64,000 bases of DNA from Pseudomonadota bacterium. Lineage in GTDB: Bacteria; Bdellovibrionota_F; JAHFAK01; JBDREC01. The position numbers and the translations under genes are program-made. Location: contig JBDREC010000065.1 in assembly GCA_043820105.1 (NCBI GenBank), positions 1 to 64,000 on the forward strand, read 5' to 3'. The stretch's first letter is position 1. Each line of letters opens with the position of its first letter. Under the pieces are notes generated by a model. That model had not been told where the DNA came from and ran no database searches. It saw only the letters and a list, made by a program, of their open reading frames with translations. Positions 1 through 10,918 of this stretch are shown here, piece by piece.

Positions 1-88
1 TTTCATTATTTTTAACATATTAATGTAAGGAGTTTTAATTTATGAGTTGCAATTTTTATAAAAATTTTAGATAAAAATTTTTGGGCTA

Positions 89-140
89 GGTGGACCACTT
101 TTGCGTCCGATTCGTGGACCAGTTTTCAATCCGATTGGCA
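89..140. mobile_element. Terminal repeat of an IS21-family-like element (body lies left of the window)
   Basis: Two tandem 24-bp imperfect repeats (GGTGGACCACTTTTGCGTCCGATT / CGTGGACCAGTTTTCAATCCGATT) followed by GGCA, ending in CA-3' at 140. Multiple terminal repeats and a TG...CA end are typical of IS21 ends. Confidence 0.7.
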
Positions 141-242
141 AGGCAAAAGTATCAAAAGTGGAAGGAAAAATATAAAGAAAAGTTTGGCTATGGGCCCTAT
201 CAGATGAGAAAAGCTATCGGCTTGAATCAGATAGGGTTATAA
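141..242 (+). pseudogene. Possible 3' remnant of a gene interrupted by the IS
   Basis: Open frame RQKYQKWKEKYKEKFGYGPYQMRKAIGLNQIGL* begins exactly at the IS end with no start codon there. Confidence 0.35.
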
Positions 243-301
243 TTTCAAGCCAAGAACCATCTAACTATTAATGAAAAATTTCGAATTGTATCTAAGACAA
301 T

Positions 302-776
302 AAAATTATATATATAATTATTCAAATTTATACACCTCTTGACCAAGTAGCTTCTTGAATTCTTACTTATTCTTATTTTTTATAGAAGAATAGAACCTAT
401 AAGCAAAATCTATCGGATACAATACAATAAAATTAGAGTTTAACTTTAAATAAACCAAGAAAAATGCTTAGAGCTTTTGAGCTCAAAGAAAATAAGCCAT
501 TTAAACCCCGTCTTTATGTTTCTTCAAATTGGAGATGATCCAAAATTATATATATAATTATTCAAATTTATACACCTCTTGACTAAGTAGCTTCTTGAAT
601 TCTTACTTATTCTTATTTTTTATAGAAGAATAGAACCTATAAGCAAAATCTATCGGATAGAATACAATAAAATTAGAGTTTAACTTTAAATAAACCAAGA
701 AAAATGCTTAGAGCTTTTGAGCTCAAAGAAAATAAGCCATTTAAACCCCGTCTTTATGTTTCTTTATGTTTCTTCA
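302..776. repeat. Tandem duplication, period 240 bp (302-526 and 542-776)
   Basis: Near-identical copies with two visible substitutions. The second copy has an extra TCTTTATGTT decamer. Confidence 0.95.
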
Positions 777-994
777 GTCAAGAGCAAACGCCCAAACCTG
801 GGACCTTGGAGTTTTTTTTAATTTCACATTTAAATTTGGATCTAATAATACAGGAGTTGTGAATCCGAGATTTGATTAAAAGCTAGGTTATAAAATATTA
901 ACCATCTTATCTTACATCCCTTCCCTTTTTTTCTTGTTCTTCTTCTTTTTTTTTTATTAAACTAATTCTATAATTATCAAAAAAAGGATAAATC

Positions 995-2359
995 ATGATT
1001 AAAGTCACAAGAGATGATATTTATAGTGGCAACTGGATAAATATAGCTGAAGAAGCCTGGAAAAGGGGGCAAAAAGAACTTGTTCAAGTGGATATAAGCC
1101 ACCCTCAAAATGATAAATCCGCTCAAGTTGCTATAGAAAGCGTTATTTCTGGAGTTGGAACTTATAATAAAGGAAATAACGTGTTTGTCGCCCTGGGTCC
1201 TGGAGGATGCGATTTTGCAATTCAACTTTGCCAGTATCTTGAAGCTAAAGGCCTAAGCACTAAAATGATTATTGATATGAGACAAGCACCTAAAGAATGT
1301 GCGATTCTAGCAATGCATATTAAAAATGATGCAGATAAAGAGCTGATAACTAATAACTACCTAAATGAAGTGAAATGGCTGGCAAATGAAAATCAAACTG
1401 GAAACTGGATTACAATAAGAAACCCAAATGAACATGAACCAAGCTCTGAAGAAAATGATTTAATTGTTAAACATCATGAATTACAAAATGCTCTTCATAC
1501 ATATACAACAGAGATGATGTCGAAAAAGAAAATAATTTCAGCTGAAGTAATAGCAGTTCCTACTGAAAATGAGGCTGCTAAGTTTGGATTAGGTTTTGAT
1601 GAATTTAGAAATATTTATTATGAAGCACTCTCAGTAAGCCCTGAAGAAATTATAGCAACAATTAAAAAACTTTCTTTTTATCCAACAGTTTTAACCGCAT
1701 CAAGAGAAGGAAAAAACATAAGAGTAACAGATGAACATGGAACCGATTTAGTTATAAACCTAAAAGGAAGAGCATTAATTGCTGATGTTGGAAAAATTGG
1801 AAATATTTCACTTGATGGTACACCAGCTTTTGAATCAGTTGTTACAAATCATTATTCAGGTGAGTGCTTTACAGCCCCTGTAGAAAACACAGCAAGTGGC
1901 GTTATTTGCGCTAGAATTCCGTTAATTACAACATTTGGAACAATCGATAATTATGACATTGCTTTTGAAAATGGCAAAGCTGTCTTAGAAACTACTTTTA
2001 AAGACAAAAAAGGTGAAACCAGGCATGTTAAAACCCATGCTAAAATTGGCAACAATGCACTGCTTGAACTAACTGGCTTATCGGAAAAAGGATATACAGG
2101 TAACAAGCTTACTGCACATAGAAATTGCGGTAATATTGCTGAACTTGGAATCTGTCCTGTTAATCCAGTTATTGCGAAAAAGCTTTCTACAATAGGAAAA
2201 ACAACTGGAAATGCTTTGATTGATGAAAAGTTAAGACTCCATATTGCCACTGGCTATAATGACTATATAGGTGGTCAAACCCCAGCTAGCGTTGGCGGTT
2301 TCAAAACATCCCACACTGACTTTCTTTTAGGTCTAAATTATAACATAGAATTTGAATGA
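995..2359 (+). CDS. Aminopeptidase, M29 (AmpS/aminopeptidase T) family, divergent
   Basis: Motifs GECFTAP, NIAELGI, LIDEK..HIATG and C-terminal HTDF match the M29 metal ligands. Confidence 0.8.
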   Translation: MIKVTRDDIYSGNWINIAEEAWKRGQKELVQVDISHPQNDKSAQVAIESVISGVGTYNKGNNVFVALGPGGCDFAIQLCQYLEAKGLSTKMIIDMRQAPKECAILAMHIKNDADKELITNNYLNEVKWLANENQTGNWITIRNPNEHEPSSEENDLIVKHHELQNALHTYTTEMMSKKKIISAEVIAVPTENEAAKFGLGFDEFRNIYYEALSVSPEEIIATIKKLSFYPTVLTASREGKNIRVTDEHGTDLVINLKGRALIADVGKIGNISLDGTPAFESVVTNHYSGECFTAPVENTASGVICARIPLITTFGTIDNYDIAFENGKAVLETTFKDKKGETRHVKTHAKIGNNALLELTGLSEKGYTGNKLTAHRNCGNIAELGICPVNPVIAKKLSTIGKTTGNALIDEKLRLHIATGYNDYIGGQTPASVGGFKTSHTDFLLGLNYNIEFE

Positions 2360-3548
2360 TGAAATGAACTCCCAAAAGTATAAGCATAATATTTTAAAAA
2401 TATTTAGCATACAAATTCTAATGCGCATGCATTTTATCGCTGCAGTATTAATTCCATTCTTTACTGATTGGGGTAAAATAAATTTTACAAAAATATTATT
2501 TATTCAAGCATGGTTTATGATTTGGGTTTTCTTGCTTGAAATTCCAACTGGTACTATTGCTGATTTTTTTGGTCGTAAAGTTTCAATAATACTTGGTGCC
2601 CTTTTAGGATCGATAGGTTTTCTTGTTTATGCTTCCACTCCAAACTTTTATATTTTCCTGCTTGGTGAATTTATTTTGGCAGTATCTGTAGCCTTAATTT
2701 CAGGATCAATTGAAGCAATAGCTTATGATTCTCTTAAAAAGCTTGATCAGGAAGCTACATCCAAAAAGATTTTTGCTAATCTTGAAAGCTTTTCACTTGC
2801 TTCAATGGTTATTGGAGCCCTGCTTGGATCAGTATTTGCAAAGTTTTTTGGTTTAAGAGAAACCGTATTAATTCAGGCGATACCAGCTTTTTTAGCCTTT
2901 ATTGTTGCTTGCACATTGTTGGAACCTAAGACTCAAAAAGAAAATAAAGAAATATCCTATATTGAGACCCTTTTTAAAGGAGTGAAATATTTTTTAAAAC
3001 ACAAAGTTTTAATAATCCTTGCATCAGACTTTATTTCCGTTGGTGCACTAGCTTTCCTAATTATTTGGTTTTATCAAGCGATTTTAAAACTATCTGGCGT
3101 TGACATTGTTTATTTTGGCATAGTCCATTCTTTGTTGGTTATAAGTCAAATTATAATAATTAAATCTTTTAATATATTTGAAAAATTCCTTGGATCAAAA
3201 AGAGCATATTTGTTTTTTTCAAGCATCATAACTGGTGTTTTTTATATCATCCTTGGATTAATTTCATATTTACCAATAATTATTCTATCAATAATCCTGT
3301 GTACTGGCTTTGGTATGTCAAGACGCCCTCTTTTTATAAATTACATGAATAAGCATATTCCTTCTGAGCAAAGAGCCACTATTTTATCAACAGTATCAAT
3401 GTTCAGAACCTTGGCTATAGCTATCGTCTATCCACTCGCTGGATTCTTAGCAGACATTTCAATTCAAATGACCATGTTAATTATTGGAGCTACTTTAATA
3501 GTGCTTGCATTTGTATCCAAAGTAAAAGAGGAGCATTTGATTAATTAG
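2352..3548 (+). CDS. MFS transporter
   Basis: LEIPTGTIADFFGRK motif A and about 12 hydrophobic segments. True start may be an ATG a few codons downstream. Confidence 0.9.
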   Translation: MNDEMNSQKYKHNILKIFSIQILMRMHFIAAVLIPFFTDWGKINFTKILFIQAWFMIWVFLLEIPTGTIADFFGRKVSIILGALLGSIGFLVYASTPNFYIFLLGEFILAVSVALISGSIEAIAYDSLKKLDQEATSKKIFANLESFSLASMVIGALLGSVFAKFFGLRETVLIQAIPAFLAFIVACTLLEPKTQKENKEISYIETLFKGVKYFLKHKVLIILASDFISVGALAFLIIWFYQAILKLSGVDIVYFGIVHSLLVISQIIIIKSFNIFEKFLGSKRAYLFFSSIITGVFYIILGLISYLPIIILSIILCTGFGMSRRPLFINYMNKHIPSEQRATILSTVSMFRTLAIAIVYPLAGFLADISIQMTMLIIGATLIVLAFVSKVKEEHLIN

Positions 3549-5215
3549 TTCGTATATTCCTCAGCTCTAATTCTAAATTCTGGATTATACAATTCAAGAA
3601 AAACACCTGTAAAAAACTGATTTCTGTCATCATCGACTACATTTGCAAAATTAATTAGTCTTTCATATCCAAAATGAAACTTAAATATTGCATTTTTTGT
3701 TAAAACAAACTGCCATTGCCACCCACCAGCAAAACCCAATTCATCGGGGTACAGGCTTTTATTATTAAGCAGTAAAACATCAATATCTGGAATTTCTGTA
3801 TATTGTGAAACTGATCTTTTTGTAAAATTAAAAAACAAGGTATGTCTATTCTTATAACTAGGCCGCAAAATTATGCTTGAATATAGCTCATGAGCATTGG
3901 GACCTAAGTTGTTTCCAAAAAATCGATTGTTTCGTGTAAAGCCATCAGAATATGTCATAGACTGATAGCTCGTTTTTGAAGTATGTGTATATTCAAGCTC
4001 TGAACCAACTCCTCCATTTGTAGTAATCCTTGGAACATGGAGTCCGGTGTGAACATTAAAATAATTATCAAAACTAGAACCAAGTTCAGAAAAATCATCA
4101 AGCATAAATTCAGCAAAAACTTCAGAATAATTTAGCTGAGGAATCCTTAAAGAAAAGTCCATTTCAAGATAGCGATTTAAGGTTCCTGAGGTATTGCCTT
4201 CTGCATAATTTGGATCATCAGAGGCAAAACCCCAAAAGCCACCCAAGCCATCCCAAAAATTAGCTTGAGAACCTTGACCTCCAAGCAAAATCGCTTGAGA
4301 AAGGCCAAACTCAAAATGCCTTGCTGGTTTAAAATCAATTCTAGCGCCAAAAAGCTTGGAATGAGGAAAACCTTGTCTTGCTTCAGCTAAAGTTGTGAAA
4401 AAAAGTTGATATTTAAATGCTCCAAGGGGTTTTAAAACTGTTGGCCTGGCGTTTGTAATTCTAATAAATGGAATATGGTCAAATTCACCAAGGTTTTCGG
4501 TGTTTCCACTAAACAATAGTTGCCCTCGCTTGCCCTGCCCCCAAACTAAAGCGTTTCTACCAACTTCAATTTGCAGATCTTTAATAATTTCAAAAACCAT
4601 ATAAAGCTTTAAAACCGACCATCTAAAATTGTCGTCATCTCCATCAGCTGTAGGTATTATAAACTCAAACCTATTATCAAAAACCACATCGATAAAATTT
4701 AAAAGCTGCAATCTATTTTCATTTTCAATATTAAAATTATGTCCTTCAGAAAACAGTCTTCCTTCATTGTATGCATTCATTGGTGTAATGTCTGCTCTTG
4801 CATTATCTGAAGAATATCTATTCCTTTGAGCATTATAATAGTCATATGAAAACCTTAAAACTTCTGGTGATTTTAGACCAATATAGCGCTTTATTTTCTG
4901 ACCTCCTGCATACCACAAAACTTCTTCTCTATATAGAGACATTAAATCATTAACTATATTGTAAACTTCAGCGCCTTGTGGAATAAGTCGTCTTTGACCA
5001 TTATAAAGAGCATCAGAAATTAATAAAGCAACTTCCTGCCTGGTATAAGGTTTTGTTCCAACAATCTCAGCATCAATAAGCCCATAGCTTCTCAACACCT
5101 CAAGTTGTTCGTATACAGGGTCGTTTAGGGAGATGTAGGCAGCGGGGTATAAATGCGAATAAATTAATAAAGCTAAAAATAATACTAATTTTATATTAAA
5201 ATATTTGATTCTCAA
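3545..5215 (-). CDS. Capsule assembly Wzi-family outer membrane protein
   Basis: Signal peptide, N-terminal DPVYEQLEVL..GLI...KPYTR helical motif, GRNALVWGQG..LLFS motif, beta-barrel-like pattern. Confidence 0.75.
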   Translation of the reverse strand: MRIKYFNIKLVLFLALLIYSHLYPAAYISLNDPVYEQLEVLRSYGLIDAEIVGTKPYTRQEVALLISDALYNGQRRLIPQGAEVYNIVNDLMSLYREEVLWYAGGQKIKRYIGLKSPEVLRFSYDYYNAQRNRYSSDNARADITPMNAYNEGRLFSEGHNFNIENENRLQLLNFIDVVFDNRFEFIIPTADGDDDNFRWSVLKLYMVFEIIKDLQIEVGRNALVWGQGKRGQLLFSGNTENLGEFDHIPFIRITNARPTVLKPLGAFKYQLFFTTLAEARQGFPHSKLFGARIDFKPARHFEFGLSQAILLGGQGSQANFWDGLGGFWGFASDDPNYAEGNTSGTLNRYLEMDFSLRIPQLNYSEVFAEFMLDDFSELGSSFDNYFNVHTGLHVPRITTNGGVGSELEYTHTSKTSYQSMTYSDGFTRNNRFFGNNLGPNAHELYSSIILRPSYKNRHTLFFNFTKRSVSQYTEIPDIDVLLLNNKSLYPDELGFAGGWQWQFVLTKNAIFKFHFGYERLINFANVVDDDRNQFFTGVFLELYNPEFRIRAEEYTN

Positions 5216-5385
5216 AAAACATCCTTTTAAAATTTATTTGTTAAAATTAATTGTTAATTATTGATTATTAATTATTTAAAAACTTCGATCAATAAAATTG
5301 AATTAAACATTTTATTAAAATAACCAATAGTTAATAAATAATAATTAATAATTAATATGGGGATCATAAGATCACTCGCAACCCA

Positions 5386-6345
5386 TCACTCATGTCGATA
5401 TCTCTGCCTGGCCCATTGCAAAAACCTTTGCAAAATTGCTTTTTCAAATTTTTCATCAGCCATTACTGACATTTTTGAAATTGTTTCATCTAGAGTCATG
5501 GCATTTTTATAGGATCTTTTACTAATCAAAGCATCAAAAGTATCAGCTAAAGCCAAAACTTGAGAAAGAATTGGAATCTTTCTGCCACTCATTCCAAAAG
5601 GATAACCTCCACCATTATACTTTTCATGATGATAAAGAATAATTTCTGCCACAGTTTCAAAATCTTGCAGATGTTTTAAAATCTTTGTAGCTATCTGAGG
5701 ATGATGTGAAATTTTTTCAATTTCTTCTTCAGTTAGCTTGGCTGGTTTTGATAAAATATCATCTCTTATACCAATCTTACCAATATCATGTAAAAGCCCT
5801 GCATATTTTAAATCAGTAATATCCCTGTAATTAAAACCCAGTTCGCGGCCAAATTCAGCTGCTATTTCTGCCACTTGATTTGAATGCTGTTTTGTATAGT
5901 CATCTTTTGCACCCAAGGCATCAGATAAGGCTGTAAGAGCCATTAAAATTCTTTCCCTTTCAGCTTTATCTAGCTTATCTTCTGATTCCTTTCTTATCTG
6001 CTTATTTCTCTTAGTATAAAGTAAAATCATAAAACCAAGAGTTATACTTGCAATAATTGAAACTATTTCATGAGCATTATCTTGAGATGGCTTTATCCAG
6101 GTAAATGTAAAATATGGTACAAAAAACAGTGCGGTGCCAAGCACAGAAAGGGAAAACCCTTTTTCCTTATAAAAAATAGTAGAAATAACAATAATAAACA
6201 AAAAGGTGTTTAAACAAACAACGTAAACAAAATAACCAATGAGCTCATGTTCACGGATTGTAACGATTAGAAAAGCAACAAGCAAATATGAAACTAGCAA
6301 AAAAATCCACTTATAATGCTTTTTTATGTAATTAGCAATTTCCAT
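5386..6345 (-). CDS. Membrane-anchored HD-GYP c-di-GMP phosphodiesterase
   Basis: Four N-terminal TM segments; HS..VA, LLHDIGK, HHEKYNGGGYP and ADTFDA motifs. Confidence 0.9.
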   Translation of the reverse strand: MEIANYIKKHYKWIFLLVSYLLVAFLIVTIREHELIGYFVYVVCLNTFLFIIVISTIFYKEKGFSLSVLGTALFFVPYFTFTWIKPSQDNAHEIVSIIASITLGFMILLYTKRNKQIRKESEDKLDKAERERILMALTALSDALGAKDDYTKQHSNQVAEIAAEFGRELGFNYRDITDLKYAGLLHDIGKIGIRDDILSKPAKLTEEEIEKISHHPQIATKILKHLQDFETVAEIILYHHEKYNGGGYPFGMSGRKIPILSQVLALADTFDALISKRSYKNAMTLDETISKMSVMADEKFEKAILQRFLQWARQRYRHE

Positions 6346-6489
6346 TTTAAAACCTATTTAATCAAATAACTTGACACAATTATTAAGTACCCATAAATAT
6401 GTCAAAAAACAATATAATTTTCAACTTTTGATATGATTTTTATTAAACGCTATAAAAAAAGGCTGTTTAATTTTGGAGATTGAATAAAA

Positions 6490-7791
6490 ATGAATGGCAA
6501 AGCAATAAAATTAATTTTAATAACATTAACCTTACTTGGAATCTTTATTTCAGGCTATTTAATTTATCATGATTATAGGATTTCAATTTTAAAACCAACT
6601 GAAAAAAGTGTTTGCTCAATTTCTGATTTCATAGATTGCGACAAAACATCCCAAAGTAGTTATGCTCTTATATTTGGAATCCCAACTGCTGCTTATGGCT
6701 TATTCTTTTATATTTATGCCTTAATTTTGATGCTACTTATGTTTTCAAAAAACAAAGATAAGCAAAAAGCTTCAAATGCCTTTTTATTTTTCATAATGGG
6801 TTTAGCCATTTTATATTCGATATTTCTTGGAAGCATACAACTATTTATAATTAAAGCCATTTGCTTGTTTTGTTTTTCAACTTATATTATAACTAGCATA
6901 ATATTTATACTTTCAAAATTAACTATCCGTTCAACAATTAAAGAGATTATTAAAATGAACTTAGCAATTTTCAAGAAAAAGGGCTTATCTATAGCTCAGC
7001 TTTTCCTAATATTTATTATTTCGTTAATTTTAACTATTCCTTTTCCCATTGCTTTCAGAAATCATTTTCAAGCGCTAGCTGATGAAAGCATTGAAGCTGA
7101 TTTAAAATTAGAAGCAAGCACGAATACAAATACTGCCGAGTCTTATGAAGAAAAAGTTGCCAAAGAGTTTTACAAACTACCAAAGGATAAAATAATTTTA
7201 ACAAATTCCTTTTACCTTGGAGATAAGGATGGCTCAGTCACAATTGCTGTTTACAGTGATTTTGTTTGCCCTCACTGTAAGTCAAAGGCAATAATATTGG
7301 AAAACATCTTAAAAATTCTTAATAAGGGAATTAAGCTTTATTTTAAAAACTACCCTTTGGATCAAGCATGCCTTGTAGAAATGAAAAGACAACTCCATGA
7401 GCATGCTTGTTTAGCAGCAAAATACGCTTATTGTGCTGGCGTGCAAAACAAGTTTTGGCCTTTTCATGATCTTCTTTTTAAAAACAACAAAAACATTTCC
7501 CCAAGCACTCTGCCTGGGTATATAACTGAACTCTCAATTGATCTTCCAATGGTTAATAAGTGCATCAAAGAAAAAGCAGACCCTGTAATAATGAAAGACA
7601 TTCAAGAAGCAAAAGACCTAAATATAAATGCAACTCCAACAATATTTGTTAATGGAAGAAATGTTTCTAAATCATTTAATAACAAACAGCTCTATCACTT
7701 GCTCACTTATTTAATAAAAAAAGAGACTGGTATATCAAATTTTCCAGCATGGAATGATGTTGAATTTGAAATAACAAAAGGGGATTATTAA
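6490..7791 (+). CDS. VKOR-DsbA (thioredoxin-like) fusion protein
   Basis: VKOR Cys pair (C-SISDFID-C) and CLFC; C-terminal SDFVCPHC and cis-Pro ATPT. Confidence 0.9.
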   Translation: MNGKAIKLILITLTLLGIFISGYLIYHDYRISILKPTEKSVCSISDFIDCDKTSQSSYALIFGIPTAAYGLFFYIYALILMLLMFSKNKDKQKASNAFLFFIMGLAILYSIFLGSIQLFIIKAICLFCFSTYIITSIIFILSKLTIRSTIKEIIKMNLAIFKKKGLSIAQLFLIFIISLILTIPFPIAFRNHFQALADESIEADLKLEASTNTNTAESYEEKVAKEFYKLPKDKIILTNSFYLGDKDGSVTIAVYSDFVCPHCKSKAIILENILKILNKGIKLYFKNYPLDQACLVEMKRQLHEHACLAAKYAYCAGVQNKFWPFHDLLFKNNKNISPSTLPGYITELSIDLPMVNKCIKEKADPVIMKDIQEAKDLNINATPTIFVNGRNVSKSFNNKQLYHLLTYLIKKETGISNFPAWNDVEFEITKGDY

Positions 7792-7796
7792 TTAGC

Positions 7797-8558
7797 ATGG
7801 ATATTAATAAAGCAAAACAGGAAGTAATTAATCTTTGCCGTAAAATTTATAATAAGGGTTGGGCTGCAAACCATGACGGAAACATTACTATTCGCGTTCA
7901 AGAAAATCTAGTTGTTGCAACACCCACAGCTGAAAGCAAAGATGATATTACTGAAGACATGTTAATTGGTTTAGACTTAACAGGCAAGCAAGTCTTTGGA
8001 ACTTTAAAACCCTTTTCAGAGTTCAATCTGCACATTGCGTGTTATAAAAATCGTCCTGATATTTCAACAGTAATACATTCTCACGCTCCTTATGCTTCTG
8101 CATATGCAATTGTAAACAAAGCACTTGATATTGTTTCAATGCCTGAAGTTGTTGTTAGTATTGGAGCTAAAATTCCAATCACAGAATTTGCAATGCCTGG
8201 ATCAGAAGAATCTTATAATGAAGTCGATAAATTAATAAAAGAATATAACACCTTATTACTATCAGGAAATGGTGTTTTATCTGTTGGTCAAGATCCAACG
8301 CAAGCTTTTCTAAGAATGGAACTTGTTGAGCATTTTGCAAAAATCAATCAAATCGCTTCAACAATTGGTCATGTAAGAAGTATTGGGCAACAGGAAATTG
8401 ATGTTCTTTTAGAAAAAAGAAAAAAAGCAGGGCTTGACCCCAAATTTTCAATTGAAAACAAAGTTTTTTCAGCTTCAACAAAAATTCAAGAAAATTCTAA
8501 TACTCAGGAACTTGAAAAAATAATAACTGAAGAAGTTATGAAATTACTTGAGCATTAA
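7797..8558 (+). CDS. Class II aldolase/adducin family protein
   Basis: DGNITIR, TPT, SEFNLH and VIHSH motifs. Confidence 0.9.
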   Translation: MDINKAKQEVINLCRKIYNKGWAANHDGNITIRVQENLVVATPTAESKDDITEDMLIGLDLTGKQVFGTLKPFSEFNLHIACYKNRPDISTVIHSHAPYASAYAIVNKALDIVSMPEVVVSIGAKIPITEFAMPGSEESYNEVDKLIKEYNTLLLSGNGVLSVGQDPTQAFLRMELVEHFAKINQIASTIGHVRSIGQQEIDVLLEKRKKAGLDPKFSIENKVFSASTKIQENSNTQELEKIITEEVMKLLEH

Positions 8559-8576
8559 AATAACAAGGAGAAAAAA

Positions 8577-10208
8577 TTGTTAACATCCCTTATCGCAAGT
8601 GTTGTCCTTTTCGGCATATTAGTATTTGTTCATGAATTTGGTCATTTTATTGTAGCAAAGCATTTTAACGTTCTCGTGGAAAAATTTTCCTTAGGTTTTG
8701 GACCTAAACTTTTTAGCAAAAAATGGGGAGAAACCGAATATCTTATATGTCTAATCCCTCTTGGCGGTTATGTAAAAATGCTTGGTGAAGGAGACGAAGA
8801 TGATGAAGCAAAAAAGCTAAGCAAAGAAAATATTGATAGATCATTTTCACATAAACCTCTTTATCAAAGAACCCTAATTGTTCTTACTGGACCAATCTGC
8901 AACCTTGTACTGCCTATTATTATATTTTTTCTTATATTTTTTGCTGGCTTCCCAACACTAACCTCACGAATTGGTGAGACAGTTTCTTATGATCCAGCAG
9001 ATGCAATTGGACTCAAAGCAAATGATCAAGTTGTTGCGATAGATGGTCAAAAAATATGGAGATGGGAAACTTTAACAAAAATAATTAAAAAATCACCAGG
9101 GAAAAAACTCGATCTCAAAGTGGATAGATCAGGTGAATTCCTTGACTTAACAGTTACACCAGAGCCTGACAAAGGCTTCAATGAATATGGCGAAGAAATT
9201 ATTGTTGGAAAACTAGGGATTTTACCAAACCCAAAAGAGGCAAGCATTTATGTAGCCCATGAAAGCCTTGCTAGCAAACTTGGCCTGCAAAACAATGACC
9301 TAATAAACGAAATTAATGGTGAAGCAGTAAGCAGCTTTTATAATCTTAAAGATATAATCTTAAGACCTAACTTTGAAATAAATAGTATTACCTTGCAAAG
9401 ATCAGAAATCAAACAAACTATAAATTTAGATTCAGAACAATCAACAAGCATAAGAAACAAAACCCTAAAAGAAATTGGCCTTTATTCGGCCGACTTATTA
9501 TTAAAAGAAATCTCTGAAAACTCCCCTGCATCAAGGGCAGGTATTTTACCAGGTGATTACATCCTTGCTCTTGATGGTAAAAATAACATAAATTGGCTAT
9601 TTCTAGAACAAACCATTAAAAACTCAGCAGGACGTCCACTTCAAATCGAGATTCTTAGAAAAGGCGAAAAATTAACTTTTACAGTAATTCCTGAACTTAA
9701 TATGATTAAAGATAATCTTTTTGGAATGAAGTCTGAATATTATTATATTGGTGTAATGTCTTATCAATCTTTTGGCATGCCTGAATTCATTACAGATAAA
9801 GAAAATCAATTTCACCCAATAAATTCTTTAATAAAATCAATTAGCAAAACCTTTGAAGTTGGCAAAGTAACAACAGTTGGGTTCGTAAAGCTCTTTCAAG
9901 GAAAGATATCGCTAAAGACCCTTGGTGGCCCTATTATGATTTTCAGGGTTGCAGGCAAGGCATTTGAACTTGGTGGCTTATTACAATTTATCCAGATAAT
10001 CGCAGTTTTTAGTATTATACTTGGTCTAATAAACTTATTTCCAATTCCGGTTTTAGATGGAGGTCATCTTTTATTTTACGCCATTGAAGCAATAAAGGGA
10101 TCCCCAGTTAATAAACGAGCCATGGAAATCGCACAACAAGTAGGACTTTCACTATTATTATTACTAATGCTGTTTACCTTTTATAATGACATAATGAGAT
10201 TCTTTTGA
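8577..10208 (+). CDS. rseP: RIP metalloprotease RseP with multiple PDZ domains
   Basis: HEFGH, FSLGFG, LGGYVKM and NLFPIPVLDGG motifs. Confidence 0.95.
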   Translation: MLTSLIASVVLFGILVFVHEFGHFIVAKHFNVLVEKFSLGFGPKLFSKKWGETEYLICLIPLGGYVKMLGEGDEDDEAKKLSKENIDRSFSHKPLYQRTLIVLTGPICNLVLPIIIFFLIFFAGFPTLTSRIGETVSYDPADAIGLKANDQVVAIDGQKIWRWETLTKIIKKSPGKKLDLKVDRSGEFLDLTVTPEPDKGFNEYGEEIIVGKLGILPNPKEASIYVAHESLASKLGLQNNDLINEINGEAVSSFYNLKDIILRPNFEINSITLQRSEIKQTINLDSEQSTSIRNKTLKEIGLYSADLLLKEISENSPASRAGILPGDYILALDGKNNINWLFLEQTIKNSAGRPLQIEILRKGEKLTFTVIPELNMIKDNLFGMKSEYYYIGVMSYQSFGMPEFITDKENQFHPINSLIKSISKTFEVGKVTTVGFVKLFQGKISLKTLGGPIMIFRVAGKAFELGGLLQFIQIIAVFSIILGLINLFPIPVLDGGHLLFYAIEAIKGSPVNKRAMEIAQQVGLSLLLLLMLFTFYNDIMRFF

Positions 10209-10918
10209 AGTTATTAGCCATTGATACATCCACAATGAGACAGTCAATCGCCATTTTAGATGGTTCAAAAGTTCTTTGTGAAATCAATCCAAATGTTGAT
10301 AAAACACATTCATCAAACCTCATCTCAAATATTAAAAAATTAGTTGAGGAACATATTGGTTCCTTCTCAAGCATTGATTGCCTAGCATTTTCGCAAGGTC
10401 CTGGATCTTTCACTGGTTTGAGAATTGGGGCTACAACAATGATTTCTCTAGCAATGATAAATAAATTGCCTTTAATAAGTGTATCATCAACAATGGCTAT
10501 CGCAATGAATGTTAAGAAAAATGATGTCCTGGTTTCAACTTTAATTGATGCCCGAATGAAGCAGGTTTATTTTGCCCAATATGAAATTAATAAAAATGAA
10601 ACCCTTCCAAAAGAGCTAATTGAACCTAAAATTATATATGCAGATAAGCTTGAGCAATTATTTAATAAAAATAGTATGATTTTAGGAGATGGATTTATAA
10701 AATACAAAGAGCAAATTGAAAAAATAAAAGGCATACACCTTGAACCAGGTTCAAGTGACTATAATTTTCCCAAAGCCTCTTCCGTTGGATTAATAGCTTA
10801 TGAAAAATTTGCAAATAATGACTTTCAAATACCAAATGAAGCAAATATTCACTTGTTTGAACCTTTGTATATGAGACCTAGTGAAGCTGAAAGAAATAAA
10901 GAGAACAAGGGAACATGA
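10205..10918 (+). CDS. tsaB: tRNA threonylcarbamoyladenosine biosynthesis protein TsaB
   Basis: LLAIDTS, GPGSFTGLRIG, DARM and EPLYMR motifs. Confidence 0.95.
   Translation: MKLLAIDTSTMRQSIAILDGSKVLCEINPNVDKTHSSNLISNIKKLVEEHIGSFSSIDCLAFSQGPGSFTGLRIGATTMISLAMINKLPLISVSSTMAIAMNVKKNDVLVSTLIDARMKQVYFAQYEINKNETLPKELIEPKIIYADKLEQLFNKNSMILGDGFIKYKEQIEKIKGIHLEPGSSDYNFPKASSVGLIAYEKFANNDFQIPNEANIHLFEPLYMRPSEAERNKENKGT

Noticed and set aside
302-776. CRISPR array
   Set aside because: Only two long copies, with no repeat-spacer pattern and no cas genes.
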